From positions 128,001-192,000 of the forward strand of contig CAVYRH010000003.1 in NCBI GenBank assembly GCA_963770835.1: 64,000 bases of DNA, given 5' to 3'. The notes beneath the pieces are model-generated. The model saw only the letters and a list, made by a program, of their open reading frames with translations. It made no database searches and was not told the origin of the DNA. Shown piece after piece: positions 19,330 through 30,207 of the stretch. A program made the translations under genes and the position numbers. Every line of letters begins with the position of its first letter. The first letter of the stretch is position 1. Source of the stretch: an uncultured Pseudomonadota bacterium. Its GTDB lineage: Bacteria; Oederibacteriota; Muellerivitia; Muellerivitales; Muellerivitaceae.

Positions 19330-19441
19330 ACCACCAAGGTCGCCAAGCTCACCAAGAAAAGCAAAAATCAAACATCGGATTTTCAGCATTTTAAGAATCT
19401 TTGCCTTCGGTCTTTCTTGGTGCCCTTGGTGTCTTGGTGGT
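19330..19441. repeat. Palindromic element with (CCAAG)x3 arms
   Basis: ACCACCAAG..CCAAG..CCAAGAAA versus TTTCTTGG..CTTGG..CTTGGTGGT; related to 2200-2338. Confidence 0.75.
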
Positions 19442-19452
19442 GAAAAGGTGTT

Positions 19453-19908
19453 ATGAAACTCCTTCTGCGTTATAGCGTCAGCCCAAGGCCGGTCTCGCCC
19501 GCCTGGATCAAGCGGCTTTCGGCGCTCATTTTGAAAAACGTCAAAGGCATACCCTTCGAAAAGCGGGCCGAGCTTTCGGTTGTTTTGACGGGCGATGCGG
19601 AAGTCCGGAAATTAAACCGCCTGTACCGAAAGAAAGACAAAACCACGGACGTGCTTTCCTTTCCACTCTTGGAAGGCGTGGGTTTTTTGAAGGGGAAGCT
19701 GCGCACGGTTGCCTTGGGGGACGTCGTCATCAGCGTGCCCCAAACCCGCCGCCAGGCCAGGGAGCAAGGCAAGGATTTTCATGGGGAATTGGCCCTATTG
19801 CTCGCTCATGGAATTCTCCACCTTTTAGGCTATGATCATGGGACAAAAGCTGAAGAAAAGAGAATGTTCAGCCTCCAAGACCGCCTTCTTAAAAGTTTTA
19901 AGTTCTAA
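19453..19908 (+). CDS. ybeY: rRNA maturation endoribonuclease YbeY
   Basis: TDVLSFP, HGILHLLGYDH. Confidence 0.95.
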   Translation: MKLLLRYSVSPRPVSPAWIKRLSALILKNVKGIPFEKRAELSVVLTGDAEVRKLNRLYRKKDKTTDVLSFPLLEGVGFLKGKLRTVALGDVVISVPQTRRQAREQGKDFHGELALLLAHGILHLLGYDHGTKAEEKRMFSLQDRLLKSFKF

Positions 19909-20080
19909 ATTTTAAATTATAAGTTTTGGAAGTTTTTGAACTGGCGGTTCATGCCGATCTTCTGAAAAAACAGACTTTAAAGAGATCGGTATAGTCCCAC
20001 AATTCATTAACATCTTTAATGAGTTGTGGGACAAAAACTCACCTTAACTCAAAACTCAGGTCTCAAAACTAAGAACTAAG
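19895..20080. repeat. Heptamer-arm multi-hairpin element
   Basis: AGTTTT-type left arm, AAAACTC-type right arm, inner hairpins 19951-19992 and 19994-20032. Confidence 0.7.
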
Positions 20081-20087
20081 GATTTTT

Positions 20088-21506
20088 TTGGATACTTACC
20101 TTTTATCCCATTTGATCATTTTGGGAACCCTCGTGCTGACCTCCATGTTTTTCTCGGCGGTGGAAACCAGCCTGCTTTCCTACCCCCGGCTCCTACTCCA
20201 GCGGCGGGCCCAGGAAGGCGGCCTTTTGGGCGCGGCCTTCAAGGAGTGGCTGGACCATCCCAATCGCGTCCTGACGACCATCCTGATCGGCAACAATACG
20301 GTCAACATCACCGCCACGACCCTTGTTGCCTATATGGCCATTGCGTTCGCTGATATCCACCATTTCAGCCGGGCGATGGCGGGAACCGTGGCCTCCGCCT
20401 CGGTCATTTTCATCCTCGTGGTCTTCGGGGAGGCCATCCCGAAGGTCACCGCCCGCAGTCATTCCACCCTGATGGGCAATTGGCTCATCATTCCGATTTA
20501 CCTTTTCGACCGCCTTTTAACCCCTATTACATGGGCTTTCGGCAAATTCGTATCCCTGATGCTGCCCCGGTTGGGCCAGGCTTCCATGGTCCAGGTCACG
20601 GAAGAGGACGTCAAACAGCTCATCGAAATGGGGCACAAGGCCGGCACCATCCAGGACGAGGAACAGAAGATGATCCATTCCATCTTCAAGTTCTCCGATA
20701 CCCAGGTGAGGCAGGTCATGATTCCCCGGACCGAAATGTTTTGCGTTGATATTGCCACCCCCTTCGACAACCTGCTGGACCAGATAGTCCAAAACGGCTA
20801 TTCCCGTGTGCCGGTTTACAAGGGAAGCATGGATAAGGTCGTGGGAATCGTCCATACCCGGGACCTGCTTTCCATTTGGAAGAACCATGAGCTGATCGTG
20901 ATCCAGGACCTTTTGCGGAAGCCTTATTTCGTGCCGGAAACCATGCGGGTGGACGTCCTTTTGAGGGAATTCCGGAGGGGCCGGTTCCACATCGCCATCG
21001 TGGTGGATGAATACGGCGGGACGGCGGGCTTGGTGACGATGGAGGACCTGGTGGAGGAGATCGTCGGCGAAATCAAGGACGAGCATGAGGCGGAGGAGGA
21101 AAAGGCCATCGCCAAGCAGGCGGACGGCTCCTGGGTGATCGAGGCCGACGTGGCATTGGATGAAGTCAACGAAGCCATGGGAATCCATCTTTCCCCCAAG
21201 GGGGAAGTGGCCAGCCTAGGCGGTTACTTGATCGAGGTGTCCGGGAAACTGCCCCGCAAGAACCGCGTGATTGAGGACAGGGAAGCGTCTTTCAAGATAT
21301 TGGACGCCAGTGAAACCAACGTGATCAAAGTGAGGGCCGTCAAACGAAGGACGCCTTTGATTCCACCGCCTGCCGAAGCAGCGCCGGTTGTTTCAAAACC
21401 CCGCAGAAAAAAAACGAAATCAGCGCCTGTTGAGGCTCCGGTGGCGGGGCTGTCTGCCGACTCTCCCGCGGAAACAACCGATGCCAATGTGGAGAAACCG
21501 TCGTGA
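20088..21506 (+). CDS. CNNM/DUF21-CBS-CorC (hemolysin-family) Mg2+ transporter
   Basis: [35 protein letters not shown]. Confidence 0.9.
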   Translation: MDTYLLSHLIILGTLVLTSMFFSAVETSLLSYPRLLLQRRAQEGGLLGAAFKEWLDHPNRVLTTILIGNNTVNITATTLVAYMAIAFADIHHFSRAMAGTVASASVIFILVVFGEAIPKVTARSHSTLMGNWLIIPIYLFDRLLTPITWAFGKFVSLMLPRLGQASMVQVTEEDVKQLIEMGHKAGTIQDEEQKMIHSIFKFSDTQVRQVMIPRTEMFCVDIATPFDNLLDQIVQNGYSRVPVYKGSMDKVVGIVHTRDLLSIWKNHELIVIQDLLRKPYFVPETMRVDVLLREFRRGRFHIAIVVDEYGGTAGLVTMEDLVEEIVGEIKDEHEAEEEKAIAKQADGSWVIEADVALDEVNEAMGIHLSPKGEVASLGGYLIEVSGKLPRKNRVIEDREASFKILDASETNVIKVRAVKRRTPLIPPPAEAAPVVSKPRRKKTKSAPVEAPVAGLSADSPAETTDANVEKPS

Positions 21507-22267
21507 GTTACCTGGACTGCCACAATCACACCGCCGAATGGTCGGACGGGCGCCAAAGCATTGAGGAAATCCTGCAAAGGGCCAAGGAAGAAGGCGTTCG
21601 GGTGGGGCTGTCCGACCATACGGGTATGGGGGAGTACCTTAACTCCAACGACCGGTTGTTGGCCTATGCCGACTTCCTTTCCCAGTACCCGGTGGCCAGG
21701 GGATTTGAAATGGACCTGGGCCGGAGTTTCATGGTCCAAGAAGAAGTCCGACGCAAGTTCGACTACATGATCGGGAGCATTCATGGCCTCGAACTTCACG
21801 GGATGCGTATCGGTTTCAGCCCCCTGATCAAATACCTTAAGGGCGGCCTGCCGGATTACAACCCAAGCCAGCAGATCAAGGACTGGGACCTTTTCTTCAA
21901 GACCCATTTGGAAGTCCTGAAAAAGGAGTTCAGCGGGCAAAATTACTCCATCCTGGGCCATTGCACCATGCTGCCGCCCTTAGCCTTGGGGAAACCAGAG
22001 GAACATTTTCCTGAATGGTGGGAAGAAGAGTTGATTAACACCCTCCTGATGTATAACGTCGCAATGGAGATTTCCAACCGATGGCTGACGCCCTATGACC
22101 GGCTTATGAAGAAGGCGGTGGACGCTGGAGTGAAATTTTCGGTCGGCTCCGACGGCCACGACCCCCTGAAGACTTGTGTGCTGGATTTTCCCAAGGAAAT
22201 GATCAAGAAGTTCGGGGTGGGGGAAGAACGAATTTTCGATATCGCCCGTAAACTCGAGGCGGCATGA
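21503..22267 (+). CDS. PHP-domain phosphoesterase
   Basis: DCHNHT..SDG, SDH, GSIH, GSDGH. Confidence 0.8.
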   Translation: MSYLDCHNHTAEWSDGRQSIEEILQRAKEEGVRVGLSDHTGMGEYLNSNDRLLAYADFLSQYPVARGFEMDLGRSFMVQEEVRRKFDYMIGSIHGLELHGMRIGFSPLIKYLKGGLPDYNPSQQIKDWDLFFKTHLEVLKKEFSGQNYSILGHCTMLPPLALGKPEEHFPEWWEEELINTLLMYNVAMEISNRWLTPYDRLMKKAVDAGVKFSVGSDGHDPLKTCVLDFPKEMIKKFGVGEERIFDIARKLEAA

Positions 22268-23172
22268 GCGATTTGATTTGCGGCTCCGTAGCTATCCTGG
22301 GCCGGCCCAACGTAGGCAAATCCACCTTCCTCAACTCAGTCCTGAAGCAAAAAATCGCCATCGTTTCGCCCCGGCCCCAGACTACCCGCGGCTCCATGGC
22401 GGGTATTTTCCAGGACCCGATATCCCAGATCGTCCTTTACGACACGCCGGGTATCCACCAGCCGAAGAACAAACTGTCCCATTTCATGCTCCATGAGGTG
22501 GAGGATGTTTTGGAGGGGTCCGACGCGGCCCTTTTTCTCGTGGACGCCAAGGACGGCCTGATGGAAGAAGATTACCTGGTGGCCGAATGGCTGAAAAAAT
22601 TCAAGAATCCCGTGCTTTGCCTGCTTAATAAAATCGACCAGGTGCCTGAAGGCCGAGTCCAGGAACTCTCCGGAAAGATTAAGGCGGAAATAGGGAAGGA
22701 CTGGCTTTTGTTCAGGACTTCCGCATTGACCAGAAAAGGACTTCCTGAAGTCATCGCCCAACTCCAAAAATTCCTGCCCCGCCAGCCTCCCCTTTTTCCG
22801 GAAGAAGACCTGACGAATAAAACGATGAGGGAATTGGCCGCTGAGATGGTGAGGGAACAATGTTTTCTCCAGCTAAAACAGGAAATCCCCTACGGTGTTG
22901 CGGTGGTCATCGAGAAATTCGAGGAAAAAGAATGGCCCCAACCGGTGGTCATCCAAGCCACAATTTACGTGGAAAAGGACAGCCAGAAGGGTATCCTGAT
23001 CGGCGCCAAGGGGCAACAACTCAAGGCCATTGGCTCCGCCGCCCGGCAGGAAATCGAAAAGCTCCTCGACCAAAAGGTCTTCCTCGAACTCTGGATAAAG
23101 GTATTGAAGGACTGGCGCAAGGACGAAAAGTTTTTGAACCAGTTGGGCTACCCGGTGCAAAAGAAAAAATGA
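22264..23172 (+). CDS. era: GTPase Era
   Basis: [24 protein letters not shown] domain SQKGILIG. Confidence 0.97.
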   Translation: MSDLICGSVAILGRPNVGKSTFLNSVLKQKIAIVSPRPQTTRGSMAGIFQDPISQIVLYDTPGIHQPKNKLSHFMLHEVEDVLEGSDAALFLVDAKDGLMEEDYLVAEWLKKFKNPVLCLLNKIDQVPEGRVQELSGKIKAEIGKDWLLFRTSALTRKGLPEVIAQLQKFLPRQPPLFPEEDLTNKTMRELAAEMVREQCFLQLKQEIPYGVAVVIEKFEEKEWPQPVVIQATIYVEKDSQKGILIGAKGQQLKAIGSAARQEIEKLLDQKVFLELWIKVLKDWRKDEKFLNQLGYPVQKKK

Positions 23173-24227
23173 AACATAAACACATTAAAACCAAAATCGT
23201 CTGTACCATCGGGCCCGCGTCGCGGTCGGAGCAGAAGCTCGCCGAACTCATGCGGGCGGGCATGGGAATGGCCCGGCTCAATTTCGCCCACGGCACCCTG
23301 TGGCAGCATGCCGCGGACATAAAGCATATCCGCGAAGTTGCGGCCCAAGAGGGTCTGGAGTGCCCCATCCTCATCGACCTGCCTGGCCCAAAAATCCGCG
23401 TGGGCAAACTTAAACACGAGCCCTTAGATTTGCGGAAGGGCCATGTCGTCTGGCTGAACGGCCGGAAGCTTATGGGGGTTTTCCACGACAGCATTCCAGT
23501 GGATTATCCCCAATTGTCCCAAAGCGTCAAAAAGGGGTCCCTTATTTATTTGAATGATGGTTTCATCCAGATGCGGGTGGATGAAATCCGTCATTCCGCC
23601 GTGAAATGCGAGGTTTTGGTGGGTGGAAGCCTCCTTTCATATAAGGGCTTAAACATTCCGGACGGCAAACTTATGGTAGAACCGGTTACCGCCGAAGATC
23701 TTCGCTTTGTGGATTTCGGCATGGAACACGGAATTGATCTCTTTGGGGTTTCCTTCATTGAGAGGGCCGAGGATATTTTGAAGGTCAAAGCCTATGCCCG
23801 TGAAAAGGGAAAGAAAATCCACACCGTCGCCAAGATCGAGCGGGCCGAGGCCGTCCAAAATTTGGACCGGATTCTCAAGGTCACCGACATGGTCATGGTG
23901 GCGAGGGGCGACCTAGGGGTCCAAATTCCACTGGAGGAAGTGCCCTTGGTGCAAAAAAAGATCATTCGAAAGGGCCTTCAAAGGGGCGTTCCCGTTATCA
24001 CCGCCACCCAGATGCTGGAATCCATGGTCCACAACGTCCGGCCAACCCGGGCCGAAGTGAGCGACGTGGCCAACGCCATCCTGGACGGGACCACGGCCGT
24101 CATGCTTTCGGAGGAAACCGCCATCGGGGAATACCCCGTGGAAACCGTTGAAATAATGGCTAAAATCGCCGCGACCGTCGAGCCATCCATGGCCGGAAAG
24201 AGACACGCCCAATCGCACCTTTTGTGA
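23169..24227 (+). CDS. pyk: Pyruvate kinase, 352 aa, lacking the C-terminal domain
   Basis: [47 protein letters not shown]. Confidence 0.9.
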   Translation: MKHKHIKTKIVCTIGPASRSEQKLAELMRAGMGMARLNFAHGTLWQHAADIKHIREVAAQEGLECPILIDLPGPKIRVGKLKHEPLDLRKGHVVWLNGRKLMGVFHDSIPVDYPQLSQSVKKGSLIYLNDGFIQMRVDEIRHSAVKCEVLVGGSLLSYKGLNIPDGKLMVEPVTAEDLRFVDFGMEHGIDLFGVSFIERAEDILKVKAYAREKGKKIHTVAKIERAEAVQNLDRILKVTDMVMVARGDLGVQIPLEEVPLVQKKIIRKGLQRGVPVITATQMLESMVHNVRPTRAEVSDVANAILDGTTAVMLSEETAIGEYPVETVEIMAKIAATVEPSMAGKRHAQSHLL

Positions 24228-24344
24228 CATTAATCATATTTAGTATTTAACGAATAGTTTAATAATTGTTGTCAAGAGCATGATTGACGGAACCTTTTTC
24301 GTCCCGGCGCCTGACAGCCCCTCTCCGTCCTTCATGGAACCACC

Positions 24345-26744
24345 ATGATTCAAAGGGGCCCAATGAACGATCCAATCACAAATGATCTTGAAGAACCATC
24401 CCTCATCGACTTAAAGACCGACATTATCAAAGCCCTCACCCACACCGACTCGAATTTCCGGGCCCTCGTTGAATTGCTGCCGGTTAGTATCATGATTGAA
24501 CGGGGCGGGAAGATCATTTACGTCAATCCCAGCTGGCTTAGATTGGCCGGTTGTGAGCGTCCGGAAGAGCTTATCGGTGAATCCCCACTTCAATTGGTTC
24601 ACCCGGATTTTCATGAACTGATCAAGCGAAGAATTGCCAGGGTCCTGAACGGTGATCCCGGGGCTACGAGTGTCGAATTGGTGATAGTCGGAAAGGACGG
24701 ACGGGCTGTGCCCATTGAGGCGGAGGAAGTCGGGGTTATTTATAGGGGCATACCGGCGATCATGGTGGTGGCCAAGGACATTTCCATCCGTAGAAAAGCG
24801 CAGGATGCCCTGCAACAATCCGAGGAAAACCTGAAAGCGATCCTGGAACTAATGCCCGATGCGGTTGCGGTGGAGTACCCGAATCAAATCCTCTTTGTAA
24901 ACCAAAATTTAATTCAAATGCTTGGATATGAAAAAAGTGATGAATTAATCGGGAAACCACCATTGGTTAAGGTCCATCCCGATTACCGCTCCATCCTTTC
25001 TGAAAGAATCGGCCAAGTTTATGAGCGGGAAGGGAAGAATTTTCTCCGTGAGTATAAATGGCTTAAGAAAGACGGCAGTACCATCGATGTTGAAGTATCA
25101 AGTGTTTCCATAACATTTAGGGGCCAAAAGGCCGTTATCGCGATCGGAAGGGATATTTCGGAACGAAAGAAGTCACAAGAAGAATTAAGGGAAAGCCATT
25201 TCCTCCTCGAAAGCGCCCAACGAGCTGGCCATGTCGGAACTTGGGTCGCGGAACTTAAAAAGGGTGGCAAGGCTATTTGGTCCGAAGAGTGTTGCGAAAT
25301 TTTTGGTATTGATCCGGCGAAGTTTGATGGCCGAACAGAAAGCTTTTTTTCCAGGGTTCACCCGGATGACATTGAAGCACTTGAGAAAAACAACACTAAA
25401 GCCATTCATGAAGGGAAAGGTTTTGACCTGGATTTCCGCGTTGTGCGCCCTGACGGAGATGTGCGATGGGTGCGCAGTAGGTGCGAAGTCATTCGCGACG
25501 CGGATGGTATCCCCATCAAACTGATCGGCACGACGCAGGATATCACTGAACGTAAGGAAGCGGAGGAATTACGGAGCAAAACGGAGCGGCAAGCCCTTCT
25601 CAATGACAAGTTAGCTACGGTGGGGACGTTAGCCGCGGGTGTTGCCCATGAAATCAATAATCCCCTGACCTTCGTGATCGCCAACCTTGTTGCGGTTAAA
25701 GAGCAGCTGGGTGAATTAAGGAACCACTTAATCCGAAAAGACCAGATGGATTCAACGGCCTTCCATCTTTTGAACGAACTGGAGGATGAAACCAAGGAAA
25801 CCGACGGCGGAATCGGAAGAATCCGAGATATCGCCCGAAGCTTGAGAACTTTCATGCATTCGGGTGGTGACGGAGCAGCCGAAGTTAACGTCAATCAACT
25901 GATGGATTCGTCGATCAATATGGTTTTTCACGAGATTAAGTACAAAGCGAAGCTGGAGAAAGCTTACGACGTGAAATCGCCCCTTGTGAAGGTCAATCCG
26001 GGCAAACTTCAGCAGGTCCTCATCAACCTGCTCATGAACGCGGCCCAGGCTATTGAATCCAATCAACTGGAACGCAACCGAATCCGCATTAGGACGGGGA
26101 AAAAAGACGAAAACGTTTTTGTGGAAATCCAGGATACGGGCCAGGGGATTCCGGAAAAAAACCTCAAGAAGATTTTCGATCCTTTTTTCACGACCAAGCC
26201 GGTAGGCGTCGGGACGGGATTAGGCCTCTCGATTTGCCACCAAATCATCCATGAATTTGGGGGTCAAATCCTGGTTCAAAGCCCAGTGGGTCAGGGCAGC
26301 ACTTTCACCATTCTTTTACCGTCCGTGAAAGAAAACGGGCCCGTTCAGGGCCCGGAGATCGTGGCAACGCCTCCAAAAGTCCATAAAAAGATCCTGGTGG
26401 TAGATGATGAACCCGCGAATGTCGACACTTTCGGCCGGATGTTGAAAAAACAACATGAGGTTTTTTTCGCTCTTTCGGGACTGGACGCCCTGGGCATCCT
26501 GGAAAGAGAAAAGCCTGGATTCGATGCCATTATCAGTGACATCAACATGGCGGACATGGACGGGATCGACCTCTATAAAAACATTTGCCTGAAATATCCC
26601 GGTTTGGAAAAACGCATAGTCTTCGTGACGGGTGGCATTTTTACCACAAGAGCAAGGGATTTCCTAAAGTCCATGCCCAATCCGCTGCTTGAAAAACCCT
26701 TTGCTTCCAAAGAGCTTTTAACCGCCATTTCCAAGCTGGGTTAA
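24345..26744 (+). CDS. Multi-PAS hybrid sensor histidine kinase with receiver domain
   Basis: Three PAS/PAC units, H-box AHEINNPL, N/G boxes, FDPFFTTK, C-terminal LVVDD...ISD. Confidence 0.92.
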   Translation: MIQRGPMNDPITNDLEEPSLIDLKTDIIKALTHTDSNFRALVELLPVSIMIERGGKIIYVNPSWLRLAGCERPEELIGESPLQLVHPDFHELIKRRIARVLNGDPGATSVELVIVGKDGRAVPIEAEEVGVIYRGIPAIMVVAKDISIRRKAQDALQQSEENLKAILELMPDAVAVEYPNQILFVNQNLIQMLGYEKSDELIGKPPLVKVHPDYRSILSERIGQVYEREGKNFLREYKWLKKDGSTIDVEVSSVSITFRGQKAVIAIGRDISERKKSQEELRESHFLLESAQRAGHVGTWVAELKKGGKAIWSEECCEIFGIDPAKFDGRTESFFSRVHPDDIEALEKNNTKAIHEGKGFDLDFRVVRPDGDVRWVRSRCEVIRDADGIPIKLIGTTQDITERKEAEELRSKTERQALLNDKLATVGTLAAGVAHEINNPLTFVIANLVAVKEQLGELRNHLIRKDQMDSTAFHLLNELEDETKETDGGIGRIRDIARSLRTFMHSGGDGAAEVNVNQLMDSSINMVFHEIKYKAKLEKAYDVKSPLVKVNPGKLQQVLINLLMNAAQAIESNQLERNRIRIRTGKKDENVFVEIQDTGQGIPEKNLKKIFDPFFTTKPVGVGTGLGLSICHQIIHEFGGQILVQSPVGQGSTFTILLPSVKENGPVQGPEIVATPPKVHKKILVVDDEPANVDTFGRMLKKQHEVFFALSGLDALGILEREKPGFDAIISDINMADMDGIDLYKNICLKYPGLEKRIVFVTGGIFTTRARDFLKSMPNPLLEKPFASKELLTAISKLG

Positions 26745-26846
26745 AGCTACTCGATTTCTCTTTTTCCGATCCCTTTCCCTCGAAGTGATGGAAATGGCCT
26801 GACGAATCACCTATAAGGTGTTATCCCATGTCAGGAGAGTAAGAGA

Positions 26847-27194
26847 ATGAAAATCACCGTCTACCAAAAACCCACCTGCACCACCTGCCGGCAGGTTTAC
26901 CAGGCCCTTAAGGAAAGCGGCGTGGAAATGGAAGCTGTAAATTATTACATCGAGCCGTTGTCCGAAGCGAAATTGAAAGAATTGGTCAAAAAGATGGGAA
27001 TCAAGGCTTCGGAGCTGTTCCGCAAAAAGGAAGAAATTTATAAAAAGCTAAAGCTGGCCGAGAAAGAGGTTTCTGACGATGAGGCCATCCAGCTCATGGT
27101 CAAGCACCCCGATCTAATGCAAAGGCCCATTGTGGAAAAAGGAAGCAAGGCCATCCTGGCCCGCCCCGCCGAAAAGCTAAAGGAAATTCTGTAA
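26847..27194 (+). CDS. ArsC/Spx-family arsenate reductase-like protein
   Basis: CTTCR, HPDLMQRPI. Confidence 0.85.
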   Translation: MKITVYQKPTCTTCRQVYQALKESGVEMEAVNYYIEPLSEAKLKELVKKMGIKASELFRKKEEIYKKLKLAEKEVSDDEAIQLMVKHPDLMQRPIVEKGSKAILARPAEKLKEIL

Positions 27195-27299
27195 TTAAAC
27201 CTTATCCACGGTGGCGACCTAATTCATGGACAGCATGACCGGTACCCCGCTTTTTTTGAAGGCCGCCGTTATAATGGGCGTCCTTTACTGGAGGAACCC

Positions 27300-28148
27300 T
27301 TGAATCCTTATTTTTTGATAGGCCTTGCGGCGGCGGGGTTATTCGTCTGGACGGTGGGAGTCTACAGTTTTTCCCGCATCAGCCGTTCCCAGAAAGCCCA
27401 TAGGCCAATCAAGGACGTCCAGCCTGCCCTGCGGCTGGCCGAGCAATGGATGGCCGAAGCCCAAAAGAAAATGGAACATTTCGCCCAAACGGCGGAACAG
27501 CCGTTGGGGACGGCCCAAAACGAGCTTTTGGAACTGCGCCTGGAGGCAGGCCGCCTGCCCCAAGGTATCAAAAACCTGAAACTGGTGCGGGAATCCCTCG
27601 ATGTGTCTTTTAAGCCCACTGATTTGAAAAAAAGGCTGCCGGACATTGTGGGAATTTACCTGGACCCAGGGGACTTCCGGGTTGAGGAGCCTACCCTTGT
27701 TTCTTTGAAAACCCCCTTGGGAGAGATGCCCTGCCTGGAAGTTGAGGTTGGGGAAGCCCTTTCGGACGAACGGATGAAGATGGCTTTAGCCCGGCTTAAC
27801 AAGGCCCTGAACCAAAACCCGGCGACGGGGGGATTCCTTTATTTTTCCAACCCCGGCCATTACACGGCCTGCCTTCAAAACTCCCAATGGATGGAAGGCC
27901 TCAAATCCCTCCGGCTAATGGTGGTTAATTTCGAGGGGCTGATGGCCTTGCTTTCTTCACTGCGGTTAGCCAAGGACGCGGACCAGGTTATCCAAGTATT
28001 CGGGGAAGGGGTTGCATCCACCCGCGGCTTAACGGGACAATCGGACAAGATGGAGGAAGCCCTCTCCCGGTTGACCGGCCATGCCCTGAAAATCCGGACG
28101 GTGATGGAGGGTAGCACGCCGGACGTTTTAGCGAAATCCAAGGAGTAA
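27300..28148 (+). CDS. Hypothetical membrane-anchored protein (possibly remote RmuC-like)
   Basis: N-terminal TM helix then coiled-coil; GGAGG RBS; family call weak. Confidence 0.55.
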   Translation: MNPYFLIGLAAAGLFVWTVGVYSFSRISRSQKAHRPIKDVQPALRLAEQWMAEAQKKMEHFAQTAEQPLGTAQNELLELRLEAGRLPQGIKNLKLVRESLDVSFKPTDLKKRLPDIVGIYLDPGDFRVEEPTLVSLKTPLGEMPCLEVEVGEALSDERMKMALARLNKALNQNPATGGFLYFSNPGHYTACLQNSQWMEGLKSLRLMVVNFEGLMALLSSLRLAKDADQVIQVFGEGVASTRGLTGQSDKMEEALSRLTGHALKIRTVMEGSTPDVLAKSKE

Positions 28149-28151
28149 GCC

Positions 28152-28529
28152 GTGAGCCTGAAAGACTGGCTGACGAAGAACATTTATGTCACGACTCCCG
28201 GTAATCCCGATCCCTTTTTCAGGCCCCGGAAATACGCCAAATCCAAGGAAGAAGTGGCCGAGGTGGTTCAAGAGGTCCTGGGGTCGTTGACCCGTTGGAA
28301 GGTGGTGGAATACCGCGAGAACCAGGGGCGCATCCATGCCACCCATGCCACTCTCTTGCGGTTCGTGGACGACGTGAACATTTACGTGGTCCAAGGGTTG
28401 GACGGCACCACCAAGTTGGAAATCATTTCCCAATCCCGCGTCGGCAAGGGTGACTTGGGCCAGAACAAGCGCAACATCCGGGAACTGCTTTCGGCTCTGG
28501 ATGCCAAGTTGCCACCTTCCGCTTCTTGA
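28152..28529 (+). CDS. DUF1499 family protein
   Basis: RFVDDV, SQSRVGKGDLGQNKRNI. Confidence 0.8.
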   Translation: MSLKDWLTKNIYVTTPGNPDPFFRPRKYAKSKEEVAEVVQEVLGSLTRWKVVEYRENQGRIHATHATLLRFVDDVNIYVVQGLDGTTKLEIISQSRVGKGDLGQNKRNIRELLSALDAKLPPSAS

Positions 28530-28568
28530 CAGTTCCAAACGAATAACGTATAGTTCCTTCAGTTGTTC

Positions 28569-28604
28569 GACCTTTAATCGGAGTCCCGAGAGGCTCCCAA
28601 GGAT
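28569..28604 (+). promoter_or_regulatory. PyrR-binding RNA stem-loop (pyr attenuator)
   Basis: CCTTTAA-tcgg-AGTCCcGAGAGGCT-ccc-AAGG matches the PyrR binding-loop consensus directly upstream of pyrR. Confidence 0.85.
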
Positions 28605-28648
28605 CAAACGATGCAATACGTTTGCGCGCTAACAAATGAAACCTTCAT

Positions 28649-28688
28649 ATCCCGAACACCTGGAAAAGGTGATTCGGGATTTTTTTTG
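28649..28688 (+). terminator. Attenuator terminator of the pyr leader
   Basis: ATCCCGAA-CACCT..AGGTG-ATTCGGGAT followed by a T-tract, between the PyrR site and the pyrR start. Confidence 0.8.
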
Positions 28689-28723
28689 TCACCAGCTTCT
28701 AACTCGATTTTCGGAGGTGGTTT

Positions 28724-29272
28724 GTGCCTCCAAAAATAAAAGCCGTCATCATGGAATCCCGGGACATGGACCGGGCCCTTACCCGGATCGCCCACGAAAT
28801 CCTTGAACGCAACAAAGGCCTCGAGGACCTGGTTTTGGTAGGTATCAAGACCCGCGGGGATGTCCTGGCCGAACGATTGGCCGCCAAAATCAAGAATATT
28901 GAGGGTTCCGAGGTCCCCTTTGGGGCCATGGATATCACTTTCTACCGCGACGACGCGGGAACCCATAAGCCCGAAAAGGCGCCCACTCCCACAAAACTCC
29001 CTTTCGACGTGAACAAGAAAAAGGTCATCCTGGTGGATGACGTTCTCTATACCGGGCGTTCGGCGCGGGCCGCGATCGACCAAATCATCGATTTTGGGCG
29101 CCCCACCTTTATCCGGTACGCCGTCCTGATCGACCGCGGCCACCGGGAATTCCCCATCCACGCTGATTACGTCGGCAAAAACATCCCCTCGTCGATGAAG
29201 GAGCAGGTTCTCGTGCACGTAAAGGAAAGCGACGGCAAGGACGAAGTCGTCATCGCGGAGGCGGAATCGTGA
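28724..29272 (+). CDS. pyrR: Pyrimidine operon attenuation regulator / UPRTase
   Basis: [42 protein letters not shown]. Confidence 0.95.
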   Translation: MPPKIKAVIMESRDMDRALTRIAHEILERNKGLEDLVLVGIKTRGDVLAERLAAKIKNIEGSEVPFGAMDITFYRDDAGTHKPEKAPTPTKLPFDVNKKKVILVDDVLYTGRSARAAIDQIIDFGRPTFIRYAVLIDRGHREFPIHADYVGKNIPSSMKEQVLVHVKESDGKDEVVIAEAES

Positions 29273-30207
29273 GCTGGAAATCCAAAGACCTCCTGACCCT
29301 GGAAGAACTTACGGCTGAGGAAATCACCCTCATCCTGGACACCGCCTCTTCCTTCAAAGAAGTTTCCACGCGGTCGGTAAAAAAAGTGCCGGCCTTGAGG
29401 GGTCGCACGGTGGTGCTTTTCTTCCACGAGCCCTCCACCCGCACCCGCATTTCCTTCGAACTGGCGGCTAAGCGCCTGAGTGCCGACATCCTTAATGTTC
29501 AAACCGCTTCTTCCTCACTGGTCAAGGGGGAGACCCTTATCGACACTCTGAAGACCTTGGAATCCATGACCATCGACGCCCTGGTGGTGCGGCACAAGTC
29601 TTCGGGCGTGCCCCAAATGCTGGCCTCTGTTACGAAGGCCTCGGTCATCAACGCGGGGGACGGGTCCCATGAGCACCCAACCCAGGGCTTGCTGGACCTT
29701 TTCACCATCCGTGAGCAGAAAGGGAAGATCGAGGGACTCACCGTCACCATCGTTGGGGACATCACCCACAGTCGCGTGGCCCGGTCGAATATCCATGCCT
29801 TGAACAAGCTGGGGGCCAAGGTTCGCCTCTGTGCGCCTCCCACCCTCTTGCCCGTAGGCATCGAAAAGATGGGGGCTGCGGTTTATCACGATCTGGATAA
29901 GGCACTGGAAGGCACCGACGTGGTCTATGTGCTGCGGCTGCAGTTGGAACGGCAAAAGAACAACCTCTTTCCCACCATTCGTGAATACTCCATGACGTTC
30001 GGAGTGAACAACGAAAGGCTCAAGCGGGCCAAAAAGGACGCCATTGTCATGCATCCAGGCCCCATGAACCGAGGGGTGGAAATTTCATCAGGCGTGGCCG
30101 ATGGGTCCGCTTCAGTCATCGATGACCAGGTCACCAACGGTGTGGCTGTACGGATGGCGGTCTTATACCTGCTGCAGGGAGAAAGTAAGGAAGGGGCCAA
30201 CCCATGA
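29269..30207 (+). CDS. pyrB: Aspartate carbamoyltransferase
   Basis: EPSTRT, HPTQ, HSRVARS, RLQLER, MHPGP. Confidence 0.97.
   Translation: MSWKSKDLLTLEELTAEEITLILDTASSFKEVSTRSVKKVPALRGRTVVLFFHEPSTRTRISFELAAKRLSADILNVQTASSSLVKGETLIDTLKTLESMTIDALVVRHKSSGVPQMLASVTKASVINAGDGSHEHPTQGLLDLFTIREQKGKIEGLTVTIVGDITHSRVARSNIHALNKLGAKVRLCAPPTLLPVGIEKMGAAVYHDLDKALEGTDVVYVLRLQLERQKNNLFPTIREYSMTFGVNNERLKRAKKDAIVMHPGPMNRGVEISSGVADGSASVIDDQVTNGVAVRMAVLYLLQGESKEGANP

Noticed and set aside
22860..23168. N-terminal extension of pyk in the ORF track
   Set aside because: Overlaps era out of frame; PK homology begins at ATG 23169
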